A stretch of DNA of 64,000 nucleotides from Saccostrea cucullata. Its lineage: Eukaryota. The translations under genes were made by a program, and so were the position numbers. This document shows positions 38,684 through 51,737 of this stretch, in pieces. The stretch lies in the NCBI RefSeq assembly GCF_032062105.1, contig NW_026927029.1, positions 124,001-188,000 on the forward strand, read 5' to 3'. The number at the start of each line of letters is the position of its first letter. The first letter of the stretch is position 1. The notes beneath the pieces were generated by a model. The model saw nothing but the letters and a program-made list of their open reading frames with translations, was not told where the DNA came from and ran no database searches.

Positions 38684-41619
38684 CTATAGGCTTATTGAAA
38701 GCATAGACCTCTGCTTTTTCAATAAAAATGGAGGTCGGAAATTTTCCTTTTTTGGTTCTCAACAAAATTACTTTGTTAAAAATCACACTAATTCTACATA
38801 CACATACGCTGAAGTTGATATTAAAAGGATGATGGATTACAAATTGACCCCATTCACGTGTTTTATGTAGTCTTCGGAGACCAGGTATTGCAACAAAACT
38901 GTTGAAATTCCGACGGGCACTAATTGTGCTTCTTATACTATGACATGTATTTATATTCTTATGAAACAGAATTCATTCTAAAACTTCTGCATAAGATGAA
39001 AACATTTACTGAGACCATCAACTCGACATTAAGATATATCGACAATTTATTATCAATTTAAAATAGTTACCTCCATTTATTTGTCGACACGATATATTCC
39101 AGTGAAGTTAAAATTAAAGATACCACAGAGACTGCCACATCTGTTTAACGTTTCAATGTCTTACTCACTAAAGTCGATAAGTGCCAACTAACAACTAAAT
39201 TGTATGACAACAGAGATGACTTAATCTTTTCTATCGTCATTTTTCTTATTTGTGTAGTAATATCCCGCTATCACCAGCATATGGTGTTTACATTTCCCAA
39301 CTAATGCGATACTCATGATCAAAAGCATGCTCCGTGAACGATGAAACATTTCGAGATAACGAACAGTATTCAATATCAAAAGTCCATAAAACAATAGAAA
39401 ACAAAAGCAGAGAGAACACGGACATCCAAAACATCAGAGGTGGGATCAGGTACCATGGAGGAGTGAGTATCCCCTGCTGACCGGTCACATCCGCCGTGTG
39501 CTCCTTGTCATGATCGAGAAATAACGAAAAAATCCGTCGTAGATTCAATGTATAAATAATGGACTAACAATAAGTATGAAAAACGTATGTCAGTATATGA
39601 CTATTTAGCTGTATATAATACTATTCGAAAATTATTATTTTACCTATACAGAACATCTATTTTTTGGTGTTTAAGATGAAACATTTGGCACAAAGTTCAT
39701 AGCAGATAACTTGTTCTACTTCCCTCAAAATTTAGTGACATCCAACAAAGCACAAGGGTTACGTGGAATTGCAAGTCGAACTGGTCTTAGAATAAATATT
39801 GAAAAAAGAAAAAGATGAGACTTACAATGAAGCACATTGAAGTGGTAATATTTTCCGTTTGAATGGAACGTTTTGAGCTATCTTTAGAAGTTGATAGTCT
39901 TATGATGACCCACCCATTTCTTTAGAAAGGAAAAAATCGGAGAAATAGTTCAATAGAATACCTGTAGAACAGGTTCCATAAATAAAATAGCCAATCAAAT
40001 TGACGGTCTACATTAACAGCGAAAAAGCACGTGTTCGACCGATACATGTGTTATAGACTTATAGCAACTCCAATAAGCATTATAAATTCGTAATTATTTA
40101 CAAATTCGTCGTAAAACGAGTTTTACAAAAGCGGGACTCTCTTCCTCTCTCTTCTAACTTTAAAATCTCCATTTCAGTGAAACTCGTGTTGCTAGATGCA
40201 AAGAGTTGGGTGTTCAAAAGTATAATGACGAATATTTCTTTCTCGTTTCTAAAGATTTGGGCGTGTCATTATGTAACAATTGACATTCGATGAGAAACAC
40301 CCAAACTTTCCATTCAAAAGAAAAATTTTACCACTTCAATGCGCTTCATTGTAAGTCTGATATAAGAGAGCGAGTCACGATTGATGACCAAGACCTGGAG
40401 GATGTAGAAACCTTTATTTACCTTGGAGGTGTAATGATAAGAAAGGGAGGATCTAACGAGGACATTACCAACAGACTTGGAAAAGCTAATTGTCAAATCA
40501 GAAGGCTCGGGAAAATCTGAATCTCATAAAAATCGTTTTCCATTCAAGCAAAAAAGTAAAGCTATTAAACAGCTTGGTCATGTCGATTTTTATATATGGT
40601 AGCGACACATGAAAAACAGAAAGTCACAAAACGAAGATTGAGACCTTCCATAACAGATGCCTGAGCAAAATTCCTGGAAGTAAGACAACCTGATAAAATA
40701 TCGAATGAAGTACTCAATCCTAGATCAAAAACAACGAGCTGAAATGAACTAAAAAATATCGGGAAGTGGAATTGGATGGTCATGTACTTAGGATAGAGAA
40801 CACCAGGATTAGTATCACTGACATGGCATCAAGAGATAAGGCAGAAAGTAGACCAGCCAACAACATGAAGAAGAAAACTGAACAAGAGCAGTTAGAAATG
40901 GGTTGGAAATGTGGGCAGAGACATGTGGAGGTAGTATAGTGTGGCCTTATTAACAATTTCAGAAGGGCATGAAGAGAATAGGTGAGGTGAGATAAAGAAA
41001 TATCTCCTTATAGAAATATCAATATATATATATATAAACTTTTTTCAGTGCAAAATCATGCTTTACAGATAGATGCCAGGAACCATTGCCAACAATCTAT
41101 TAAAATCATTTCACTTTATCCAGCATTTATTTGTTAAATTTGACTAAATTACCAGAGCGCCATGCAATAAATAATGAAGTTTAAGCAAATGTTAAACTGA
41201 AATTTATCTTAATTGTATTTGTGAAGTTAATGATGGTATTTTAGAAAATTATCCCTATGCAGATAACATTTTGTTAATTTGTCTATAATACACATTTTCT
41301 GTTTTAATGACTGCTGCAAATACGAGTATAATGACAGATTGAGTTTATATTAACAAATCATTTGAACATTGTTCAGTCAGGCCTCTGTTAGATCAGAAGT
41401 TTTAGGTCTACCATTGACACGATGTAAGTAATGATTCTTCGTTCTGCTGTGTCTTTAAGTTTTCTAAAATACATTTACAGTGTAAGATGATATTTTTTTT
41501 ATCTGAATAATCTCGTGTAACACTCTAATAGAAAAGATCAGGATAATGACTGGAAAAATTGATTTGCACAATATTGGTATAGTCATTTTAATGTTTTTTT
41601 TAATTTCTTTTAACAGAAA

Positions 41620-42486
41620 ATGGTCAGTACAACATTTTTCATTGGTCTCACGGTTACATTCATTTTTATCGGAAACTTTCACATAAATGATGCTTTTAAG
41701 TTGACTAAAGGTAGGAATAGACAAGAACCCGTCAATTTAATTCGGCGGGAAGGAAAAGAAACCCCAAGAACGTTTGAGGACCCTGCTTGTTTCTCCACTC
41801 TTAGTTCTGATGGGATAGCAATGGTAAATTATGGAATAAATCTCATCAACTCTTCAATAAAAGTATCTGGAAGGTTTTTTGAAGCACTTCAGGACCTATA
41901 CCATACCGACAATAATACAATTAAAACTGTAATTTATGATAATCTCAGACAATACAACAAATATTCCGCAGAGAAATTCAAAGGAAATAAGGATTCTGAT
42001 TTAGAGGCATCTGCCATTTCATTTTACACTTACATGATCTACAGTACTATAAACTCTTATTTACGAGAACACAAATGCGGGAAAATGAATCTGACTGAAG
42101 ATGTCAAAAATCTGAGTCCGTACAGCGCTTATTTAATGGCTGTACTGATGTATTCTCCGTCCCTTACTAAAGAAACAAATACGACCTACAGAGAAGTTAG
42201 ATTTGATGAGGATATCATTGACCAATATGAGATCGGAACTACCTTTCTTTGGACATCATTTACATCCTCATCCATGTTTGATTTGAATTTTTTTAAAAAT
42301 GTGGAATTTGTTTTCAACAACTCTCGATCATCTCTGTGGAGTCCAAGACGCATTGAACAGTATTCATTCTACCCCGAAGAACAAGAAGCCTTGTATCCTC
42401 CTATGGCAATGTTCAAAATTACTGATAAAACGGTAACATGGGAATCTGTATATGTCTATGCTGATCTTGTAAACGAAAATTTTTGA
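41620..42486 (+). CDS. Secreted NAD(+):arginine ADP-ribosyltransferase, ARTC/R-S-E family (ART-B), 288 aa
   Basis: Signal peptide; AISFYT...YSTINSYLR helical motif, TYREV, WTSFTSSS and SFYPEEQEALYPPMAMFKI match the ecto-ART consensus (AI..YT, Y..LN..LR, YRG, FTSTS, S.(F/Y)P.E.EVLIPP...F.V). ExE predicts an Arg acceptor or NADase activity. No GPI tail. Confidence 0.9.
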   Translation: MVSTTFFIGLTVTFIFIGNFHINDAFKLTKGRNRQEPVNLIRREGKETPRTFEDPACFSTLSSDGIAMVNYGINLINSSIKVSGRFFEALQDLYHTDNNTIKTVIYDNLRQYNKYSAEKFKGNKDSDLEASAISFYTYMIYSTINSYLREHKCGKMNLTEDVKNLSPYSAYLMAVLMYSPSLTKETNTTYREVRFDEDIIDQYEIGTTFLWTSFTSSSMFDLNFFKNVEFVFNNSRSSLWSPRRIEQYSFYPEEQEALYPPMAMFKITDKTVTWESVYVYADLVNENF

Positions 42487-43514
42487 TATATAAAGGTAAT
42501 GTTTGTTTATATTCAACCAAAAGAGATGAAAAAATACCTAATTTTATAAAGTGGTGTTAAGGTTCTTTAAAAATACATACTTTACTTACAATGTTTGGAA
42601 CTTGTGTCCAATCCCTTTGACATGTAAATAGAGTATGTTCAAAACAAACAAAACCATTCACGATTGTATCTAGTAAAATATCCGATTGTGAAAAAAATGT
42701 CAGACTCTATGGTATCTTTTATTTCAAGTTTACTGGGATATATCGAGTCGACATATGAATGGAAGAAAATATTGTTATTTGATAAAGTCAAAGTTAAAGT
42801 CCAAAGCAAGTGAGTTCTTCTTTTCATGTATAAGGTTCTGAACAAATTCTCCTTCAAATGAGTACAAAAATAGGTCTGTTAGTAACGGGGCACTGTTGCT
42901 ATTCATGGAAATTCCGATAAATTGTTGGAAAACCTGATTGGTTGAACTAAATGTGTATCACTCAAATGTAATCACAAAAGTTAGGGATGTTACTGAGAGA
43001 GACAAGGAGTTGGGATGGAAGTGGGGAAGAAGTTATCTCATGTAAAGGGATCTTTGTATTCTCCATATACTAGATATTAACATGAAAGCATGCAAAACTT
43101 TTTTGCTTGAAATATTAGCATGCTTGAAAGTAAAAGAAAAACAGGGTAGAATTACAAGTATATACGAAACGTTTTTAACAGCATGGCCAAAAGCACAGAC
43201 ACTTGAGGTTACTTATTTCTCTTCTAATAAAAAAATATATATCCCTACCTAATAATTATGTAGGCTTTATTTTTTATTAAAAGAAAAGTGCTTTGTTAGC
43301 ACATCTTGTAATATTACTTGAAACACTTCAGCTAATCACATATCGTTTTTCGATGTTTACAGACGATATAGATTTCTTGCAATCATAAGACGGTTGGCGG
43401 AGGTTCCATGGGACATAGATATAAATATTGTATTGTCTATGCATATTCAACGGCGAAAAATATGGAATGGCAAATTAAAATAAATTCAAATATTTGTACA
43501 TGTCTTCAAATAAT

Positions 43515-43870
43515 TGCACCTATCTTCACATAATTGTGCCTATCTTCAATCCATTTGAAGATAGGTACAATTGAATTAAAGACAGGTTCAAGTGAATTGA
43601 AGATATGTGTAAATAATTATACATATCTCTAAATACTAGTAATTATACCTAGGTAACAATAAATTATACCTACCTTCAATTCAATTAAAGATAGGTTTAA
43701 CAGAATTATACCTATCTTTAATTCATTCGAAGATAGGTATAATTGAAAGATAGGTACAATTGATTTAAAGATAGGTACAATTGATTTGAAAATATGTTCA
43801 ATTGATTTGAAGATATGTTCAATTAAGACATATCCACAAAGGATATGAAGATAGTTACAATTCAATTATA
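43515..43870. repeat. ~21-bp minisatellite GAAGATAGGTACAATTGATTT in both orientations
   Basis: Direct and inverted (ACCTATCTTC) units; this explains the IEHIFKS repeats of ORF 43629-43865. Confidence 0.75.
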
Positions 43871-44134
43871 CTTAAGTTCAATTCGTTTTGTGTTGTGGAA
43901 AATAATGAACGCTCCTTTGAAGACAATATTGAACATGGAGGGAAACACACAGAATCTACAGAGCAACGACAACGAGGATGAAAGGAGAAATAAAAGTAAA
44001 TTCAAAATGTGTAAAAAGCATCAGTTACTTAAAACACACATGTATATCAATAAGTGAGCGAAAACATATACCAGAAATGACGTATGATAAAGGGAGTAGT
44101 TAATATTGCCAATATCTTCGCAATTAAAGAAAAC

Positions 44135-44208
44135 ACATGGGTCCGGGAATCGAACCCAGGACCCCTGCATTACTAGTCAGGTGCTCCAGCCACTGAGCTA
44201 TCCAAACC
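44135..44208 (-). pseudogene. tRNA-Thr(AGT)-like sequence (pseudo-tRNA or repeat head)
   Basis: Minus strand GGTTTGGA-TAGCTCAGTGG-CTGGAGCACCTGA-CT-AGT-AA-TGCAGG-GGTCCTG-GGTTCGATTCC-CGG: A and B boxes and an anticodon loop are present, but the acceptor stem does not pair. Confidence 0.6.
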
Positions 44209-44639
44209 GATACCCACGGTCCGTAAAGCTCGAACTTGTACATAAGTAAGAAAACAATAATAAAAGGCACACAATTCCTTGGCAAATAGTCAATCCTTTA
44301 TGACCCCCTCCCCCTTAACGGAACGTAAGCTGTTAGATGAGAGGACCTATAAGTTAAAACAGATTCTGTAACATTATAGAAATTTTCACTCAGCTTCTGG
44401 TCGCTTGTATCCTAAACTGACAAATGTATTTTTACAGAAAACTTTTGATCATTTTTTTCAACCAGAAAAGTGTTAAATTTTGAATTGCTCGATTTTTAAT
44501 CAACCTCTACAAAAGAATTTGCAAACACCAATATAAATCTGTGCTTCTACGGTAATGGTAAAACAATGTATCCTATTCTAGTTTATAATGATTTTTTTTT
44601 TATTAAATTGAAAATGCAGAAGTAATTTATTGCTGGGAA

Positions 44640-46320
44640 GATGAAGCTGACAGACCGCTTTATACTTCGGGGATGAATTAAGAACTGCATGACGGAGAAG
44701 TGGCTATGCATTATGTTCAACCAGCACGCGGTGAAATTACCCATGGAATGGACACCCATCAACAAGAGAATAATGACAGCAAGATTCTATACAAGATACA
44801 GAAAAGTGTCGGTGCTGCAAGTATATGCGCCACACAATGAAAAGGAAGAGTAGGAAAAGGACCAATTCTATCTTGAGCTCTAGGAGACCTTGGATGGATG
44901 TAACTAGAACGACATCTCATTATCATAGGAAACCTCAACACCAAGGTAGGAAGTGACAATAATAGATTCGAAAGAACTGTGGGTATACATGGACTGGGAA
45001 ACACAAAAAGAGAACAGAGAAGGGATGTGTGAACTCTGTAAGACCAAGGGACGTGTAATCACAGGAACATTGTTCCCTCATAAAGACATACATAAAGCAA
45101 CATTGATGTCTGCTGATGGAACAGCGGGAAACTCGATTGACCACTTTCTCATTAATGGTCATTGGAGATCAACTGCTCTTGATACCAAGGTCCAGAAGGG
45201 AGCTAATGCCAACAGCAACCACTACGTGGTGAAAACCAGAATCAGGCTATATGCCTAAGCACACATAAGATTAAGTTGAAACCAAGACTGGATGTAGAGT
45301 GCCTCAGATATAAAGAAGTAAAAACAAAGTTCGATAAATGCGCGAGAAAGAAATTAGGAGAACACATAGAAAAGACTTTAGATATGGAGAAAACGTGGGA
45401 GAAACAGAAGATGACATAAGTGAATTCATCAGAGGAAAAAATCTTTGTTCCTTGTTCCTCCAAGTGATAGAATGGGTGATGCAACAGTTGTTCAGAGAAA
45501 AGAGAATTGGAATAAGATAAGACATCTCCTATTTGCTTGAAAACCTTGACTTTGCAAACGACATTGCCCTACTGTCATCAGCAATGAGCCATATCCAGTC
45601 CAATACAAGAAAACTAGAAAAAAAAGGCTGAAATGAAGCTGAATGCCAAGAAGTGCAAAGTGTTGAAGATAAACAGCAAGACTGAAGCCAGCCTGAAAGT
45701 CAGAAACAGTGAAGTCGGCGAGGTTGACAGCTTCACATACCTCGGCGCCAATGTTACCAAGGGTGGAGGAGGTACTGCTGACATCAGGAAGGGGATTGCA
45801 CTAGCGCATTCTTTAGGAGGCTAGCCAACATCTGGAACCCTACAGACATTTAGTAAAAAGATAAAAAGTCTCCCACATCAAGAACCTGGTCTTCTCTGTA
45901 TTGTTACACTGATGTGAGACTTGGAAGCTCACCAAAACAGAAGAAAGAAAGTTGATATCTTTCTGACCAAGTGCTTCAGAAGGATTCTTTAGGTCAGATG
46001 GCAACAGCATATCTTAAACAAAACATTTCTGGAGATGGCAGAAAGCATCAGTAGCGAGATGAGGAGATAGATATTGAATCGACCAAATGCTTTGAAAAGA
46101 TAAAACAGATGACTGTGTTGTGACCCTTCTATGGTCACCTGAGGGGAGAATGAAGCAAGGCCGCCCCAAGACATCATGGCGACGGATGGTGGAGCTAGCG
46201 AATTAATGCAGACTGAAACTCTTGGAACACGGCAAGACGTGCAGCCTCAGACAGGCACCGGTGGAAGAAAGATGTTCAGACCTTGTGTGCCTCCTGGCAC
46301 GGAAAGAATTCAGGTTAAGG
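44640..46320 (+). mobile_element. Degenerate RTE-like LINE (APE endonuclease and RT C-terminal remnants, internally deleted)
   Basis: GNLNTKVG..., ITGTLFPHKDIHKAT...NSIDHFLINGHWRS...NHYVV (endonuclease) and LENLDFANDIALLS, LNAKKCKV...VDSFTYLGANV...GG (RT domains 5-7), with stops and frameshifts. Confidence 0.8.
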
Positions 46321-47596
46321 TTTATTCTCAAAAAATGAAATATTTACGCATCAGTAAAACTGCATTTCTTTCGCAATTTTGACAATATATTACTTTATAC
46401 TATTGTAATAAATTTAAACAACATACTCCTTAAACAAGTTTTTAGAGTGAAAATTAGTATCACTTGACAGTGCGTTGGCAATTTTGTCTAATGCATTCAG
46501 ACATATCCCACTAAACTTGATATAGAAGATATAACAAGGCTCCCACATCTGTTTCATATTTGGATGTGCTATTGACAAGAGACGATAAAGGCTAAATAAA
46601 GCAATTTAATTGTATGACAAGCCAGATCACCTCAGCTTTTCCATCGTCAACGTTCCTTATTTATGTACAATGCAGTAATATTCCAGCAGCTTTCCTTATT
46701 AATGTACAATAGTAATATTCCACTTTCATCTGCTAATGGTGTTCATGTCTCCCAACTTATTCGCTACTCAAGAGATTGCTCTGAGTACCATCTGAGAACT
46801 AGTATCAATTAATGACTCGTGGTTCAATGATTAGTTTCGGATTAAACCTATGTGTTTGATTGCATTTGTTATGTATGCAAGTCTGCTCTCCGCTGCATAC
46901 ATTATAGAAAATACTAAATTTAGCCCACTGTGTGAATTCTTTTTCGTCTTTTACATATCTGTTTACCTTCTATAAGTGAAAAATATTAGGACACCACCAA
47001 TTGTTGGTGGAAAATGCAGATTTAGACCCTGTGTTCGGCTCAGTGCATTTAAGGTCTATGGGCAGTATGCGAGAATAGAAGGCTAGCATGTACTGCAACA
47101 TGACGTACTAGTATGTTTATACAGACTAATAAAAGGACTGGACTTCAGGTTCGACAATGGATTCAAACAAACGACAGTAGGAAAACATTATTATTCCGCT
47201 AGTCCAACCACTGCCATGCAGGCTAGGTTTGATACATTTATTTATGAATTTCTATTGAAACAAGTAACCAAAGAGGGCATGAGAAATCGGCAAAATATCA
47301 TTCACAATGATTTAACACTGATAGGTATTTAGTGCATATAGAAACATTTGAAACATTGTATTTAGGGTATAGGTAATTGTTTTCACCTTATCTAGGAAAT
47401 ATAACATTCGGATATAATCTATATACGAATTGCGAGTATAAACCTATTTAAAACATCTCTGATGTGCTATTAAGTTATGAAACTCTTGCGGGAAATAAAG
47501 ACAATCACAACAATAAAACCATTGATTTATTTAACAGTTCACCTACAATTGTAAATTTAAACAGCGGGACTCAAAACACAGGTACAATGAATAGTT

Positions 47597-49288
47597 TTAA
47601 CCAACTGGCTTTGCCTTAGGTTTGCCGATTCCATGTGATCCAATGCCACCAATTCCACCAAGACCCCCAGGTCCACCGGCAGGGCCACCATGTCCGCCAG
47701 CGAAGCCCCCAGGTCCACCAGCAAGGCCTCCTAATCCGCCACTAAGACCTCCAGGTCCACCGGCATGGCCTCCTAATCTGCCACCAAGACCCCCAGGTCC
47801 ACCGGCAAGGCCTCCAAGTCCACCACCAAGACCTCCGGGTCCACCGGCAAGGCCTCTTATTCCGCCACCTAGACCCCCAGGTCCACCGGCAGGGCCACCA
47901 TGTCCGCCAGCGAAGCCCCCAGGTCCACCAGCAAGGCCTCCTAATCCGCCACCTAGACCCCCCGGTCCACCAGCAAGGCCTCCTAATCCGCCACTAAGAC
48001 CTCCAGGTCCACCGGCAAGGCCTCCAAGTCCACCACCAAGACCCCCAGGTCCACCGGCAAGGCCTCCCAATCCGCCACCTAGACCCCCAGGTCCACCGGT
48101 AAGGCCTCTTATTCCGCCACCTAGACCCCCAGGTCCACCAGCAAGGCCTCCAAGTCCACCAGGTCCGCCTGCGGTCTTTCCTCTACCGCCTAATCCACCA
48201 AAACTTCCAGCCCCCGAAGATCCAAGTGTTTGAGCAAAACCAATGGAGGAGCCTCCTTGAGATCCTCCTAATAAACCTTGGCCTAGAGATTGACCAGCAC
48301 CACCAGAAAGTCCAGCTAAGCCGTCAAATCCCCCACTTGATCCACTACCAAGTCCTCCTATTCCTCCACCAAGTGGACCACCCTGAAGACCAGAGATGGA
48401 ATCAGCACCAAATCCCGCATGGAATCTATTTCCAAGATCTGAGATATCTCCAGCTCCACTTCCTGCACCAATACCTCCTCCGAGAAGCCCAGAAAGACCA
48501 GATTCTAAACCTCCTTGACCACCAGCTCCTCCGAATAAGTTTTGCAAGAAACCTGCTCCACCAGAGCCTCCTTGATTTTCAAGAAATCCCGAGCCTCCAA
48601 GGAGACTCCCTAAACCATCTTGTCCCCCTAATGATGACCCAAAGCCACCTCCAAAGCTGTCTGTCAAACTTCCAGAAACCAGAGAAGAACCACTGTGAGT
48701 CTTGCTGTGCACAGCACTGGCTCTACCTGGGCTTCCACCCGGGAACCCTCCTTGACCAGTAAATAAACCACCTGGTCCTCCTATGCCGGGACCACCTAGA
48801 CCACCTGGGAAAGGGCCTGCACCTCTGGGGAATGATGATGATCGACTTTGGAATGATGATGCACCAGCAGCAAAAGAACCACCTTGTAGTCCAGCGGCAC
48901 CACCGCCAGGAATTGGTCCTCCGCTAAAACCGCCTGGTAAACCACCTTGTCCTATGCCTCCAACTAAACCACCACGCCCTATACCACCACCCTGTTGGTT
49001 GAAGGACTGAAACTGTCGAAAGAGGTCTGCTCCTCCTTGATTAGGTCCTCCAATACCGCCTGGACCACCTGCTTAAACCAGAGAATGAAAGCTTGAAAAA
49101 TAGTCTCATTATATGGATGATTATATTTTAGATTCTATGAAATGCATCTTGTCGTGTTAGATTTTATTATATATGAAGTTACCTTGGTGTCCACCTAGAA
49201 GGCCATGTAAAAGTCCGCCAGATTTACCTCTTCCTAATGCCTGGGTGGAAAACAATAGGACTGTGCACAACACAATAAGTCCGTTCAT
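47597..49288 (-). CDS. Secreted glycine-rich repetitive structural protein, ~525 aa
   Basis: Coding exons 49288-49183 (MNGLIVLCTVLLFSTQALGRGKSGGLLHGLLGGHQ, signal peptide, phase 1) and 49068 (or 49071, NAGNAG)-47597, in frame with ORF 47597-48712. 14-aa GGLAGGPGGLGGGL repeats and a basic tail GKPKAKPVG. Non-coding exon ending 49946, TATAAGA at 50017-50011, AATAAA at 47531-47526. Confidence 0.88.
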
Positions 49289-50623
49289 TCTGCAGAAAGA
49301 AGCACCTAGCTAAAGTAAGGTATCAATTGTTTATACAGAACCGTTTTCTTTCAAAGTGAGTTGGATTGCTTGAAATTCATGCAATTGATATTCGATTTAG
49401 TTTTTCTTAGCTCTATAGCATTTAGCTTTGAAGATTTTTTTTACATACATAGCTGACGAAAACATATTGTTCTCTTTAAGTTTTACACCCTCTCCTTTCC
49501 AACACCGACTAAAATCCTAAAACCTAGTCTATATTACACCTAACTAAAATATCATATAAATTTTTAACTTCGATAAGTTTAAAAAAAAAAAAAAAGTGAA
49601 TTATATGTAGAATAATATAGCGTGAAATCATGTCATAAATATTGATTATTTCTTCTTAATAAGACGAAAATCAAAGAAATTTGAATATTTAAATATTTCT
49701 TTTGCTTTTTTAAATTGATATGCAAATAACAGAATTCAACTTTTTGAAGTTTTATTAAGTGAATTAGTTGTAACAAATATATACCTTACTGAATTATATA
49801 AATTAATTGAGCTTTCAAGGTATAATAAATGTTTAATATAAACTTGAAAAAGTTGTCCGTTGTTGAAAGGACAAAATGAAGTGAAAAAATAAATCAAATG
49901 ATTTATAAAAAATATCGATTTTCTGTGCTCATGTTGTGGCCTTACCTGAATTGTGTCTAAATTCCAAATGACCGTTTAAAACAGTGGTCTTGAAAAATTC
50001 AATTTCTAACTCTTATACCGGGAAGCAATTGAGAAAGACACGTCATCGTGGAGTCAGCAGACGATTGAATGCCATCAATCAACATGCGGCTCATCTTTGT
50101 AATGTTGTCCGTACAACTTGTATACAAGAATCTAGTTCCAAAATATTTTGATTAAACTAAGAAACTACATCAATTTTTATGTAATTATTCAGTGCAATGT
50201 CTTTACAAATTGATAGTTTTAAAACACCACTTTGTGCATATCATACAGTCATTTTTAGGCTTATATATCTATGCACTTAGAAATACGCGAATGTAAAGGT
50301 AATTTTAGAATATATGAAAAAGAAATTGACTTTTTATAAAAATCTTGTATTAAGTGATTTTCCGAGAAATATCTGTCTTAATATCTGTTGGTACAGCTTT
50401 GTTAAAATTGTTTTGACAATAAAATAGTCTGAAGAAAATGGGCATATTTCAACTTCTGCATGAATATATAATTCGAATTCAGTAATATATTTGAAAAAAA
50501 AGAAGACTTTTTTCAACTGTGACTGACAATGGCAATAACAAATACTGAAGAGAGAATATTTATCGAGAAAAATTCTTTTTAAAAATACATATACTTTTAC
50601 AAAATACACTTAAGTACATCCGA

Positions 50624-50905
50624 ACTTTTAGTGAAAGTCATCATTCAGAAACAAAATATGTTTATCAATGAAGGGCAAGTTGGACTTAATTCAAGAGCCT
50701 ATGGAAAGTTGCTTCCCTGTTTATTTTGTCCAAATGTCAAGACATAAAACCGGAAGTACAATACAAATGGCGGATTTTATACGGGTCTTGACGTCTTTAT
50801 ACATATCATGCTTTCAATAACAGCCTTTCAGAGATCATTCACGTCCAACTTGCTCTTCATTGATAAACATATATTATTTCTACAATGATGGTTTTCACTA
50901 AAAGT
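50624..50905. mobile_element. MITE-like element with ~60-90 bp terminal inverted repeats
   Basis: ACTTTTAGTGAAAGTCATCATT..ATATGTTTATCAATGAAGGGCAAGTTGGAC pairs with GTCCAACTTGCTCTTCATTGATAAACATAT..AATGATGGTTTTCACTAAAAGT. Confidence 0.7.
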
Positions 50906-50930
50906 AAAGCATTAAACAGTTGCATTTAAA

Positions 50931-51706
50931 AACAAGAGGCCCATGGACCACATCGCTCACCTGAGTAACTTGGGTGATGCAGTTCTTTACCAGATTTCCT
51001 CTCTTGCTATACCTATCGTGCCCCCGTACCCCCTTCCTTTTCATGATTTTAACACTTAAGAATCTACACTACCACATGCAGGATTCTTCCACATAAGTTT
51101 CAGCTTTACTGGCCCAGTGGTTTTTGAGAAGAAGATTCTTAAATGATTTTTCCTAAATAAAACTTGGATTCCCTATTATGGCCCCGCCCTAACCCCGGAG
51201 GTCTTGATTTTTACAATTTAATATCTACACTACCCAAGGATGCTTCCACATAAGTTTCAGCTTTCCTGGCTTTTAATGAGAATATTTAAAGATTTGTTCT
51301 ATACACTATGTAAAACTACCTATTGTGACAAAGGATTAATTCCACATAAGACTTCCACATAAGTTTCAGCTTTCCTGGCCCAGTGGTCCTTGAGAAGAGG
51401 ATATTTAAAGATTTGTTTTATACATTTCTATGTAAAACTTGGATTCCCTACTGTGACCCGCCCTACCCCCGGGGGTCATGATTTTAACAATTTAATATCT
51501 ACACTACCCAAGGATGCTTCCATATGAGTTTCAGCTTTTGAGGCCCAGTGGTTCTTGAGAAGAAGATTTTTAAAGATTTGTTCTATATATTTCTATGTAA
51601 ACTTGGATTTCCTATTGTGGCCCCGCCCTACCCCTGGGGGTCAAGATTTTTTATAATTTAATATCTACACTACCCAAGGATGCTTCCACATAAGTTTCAG
51701 CTTTCC

Positions 51707-51737
<31 letters not shown>

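Larger units (their letters stand above)
26010..43430 (+). repeat. Three-unit segmental tandem duplication carrying the ART locus
   Basis: Shared blocks in the same order: RTE-like 3' relic (26010-26720 / 33590-33950 / 40350-40990); ART promoter and gene (26730-28300 / absent / 41000-42590); downstream flank (29000-29530+31895-32170 / 33960-34680 / 42900-43430 partial); 32030-33250 matches 36180-36480+37045-37880. Confidence 0.75.

Noticed and set aside
44135-44208. Functional tRNA-Thr gene
   Set aside because: The acceptor stem cannot pair and the anticodon stem has a bulge; treated as a tRNA-derived relic.
47622-48233. 203-aa Pro-rich, collagen/extensin-like ORF on + (also 48226-48762 and 48783-49010)
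   Set aside because: Antisense shadow of the Gly (GGN) codons of the minus-strand gene, which has the signal peptide, splice sites, TATA box and poly(A) signal.
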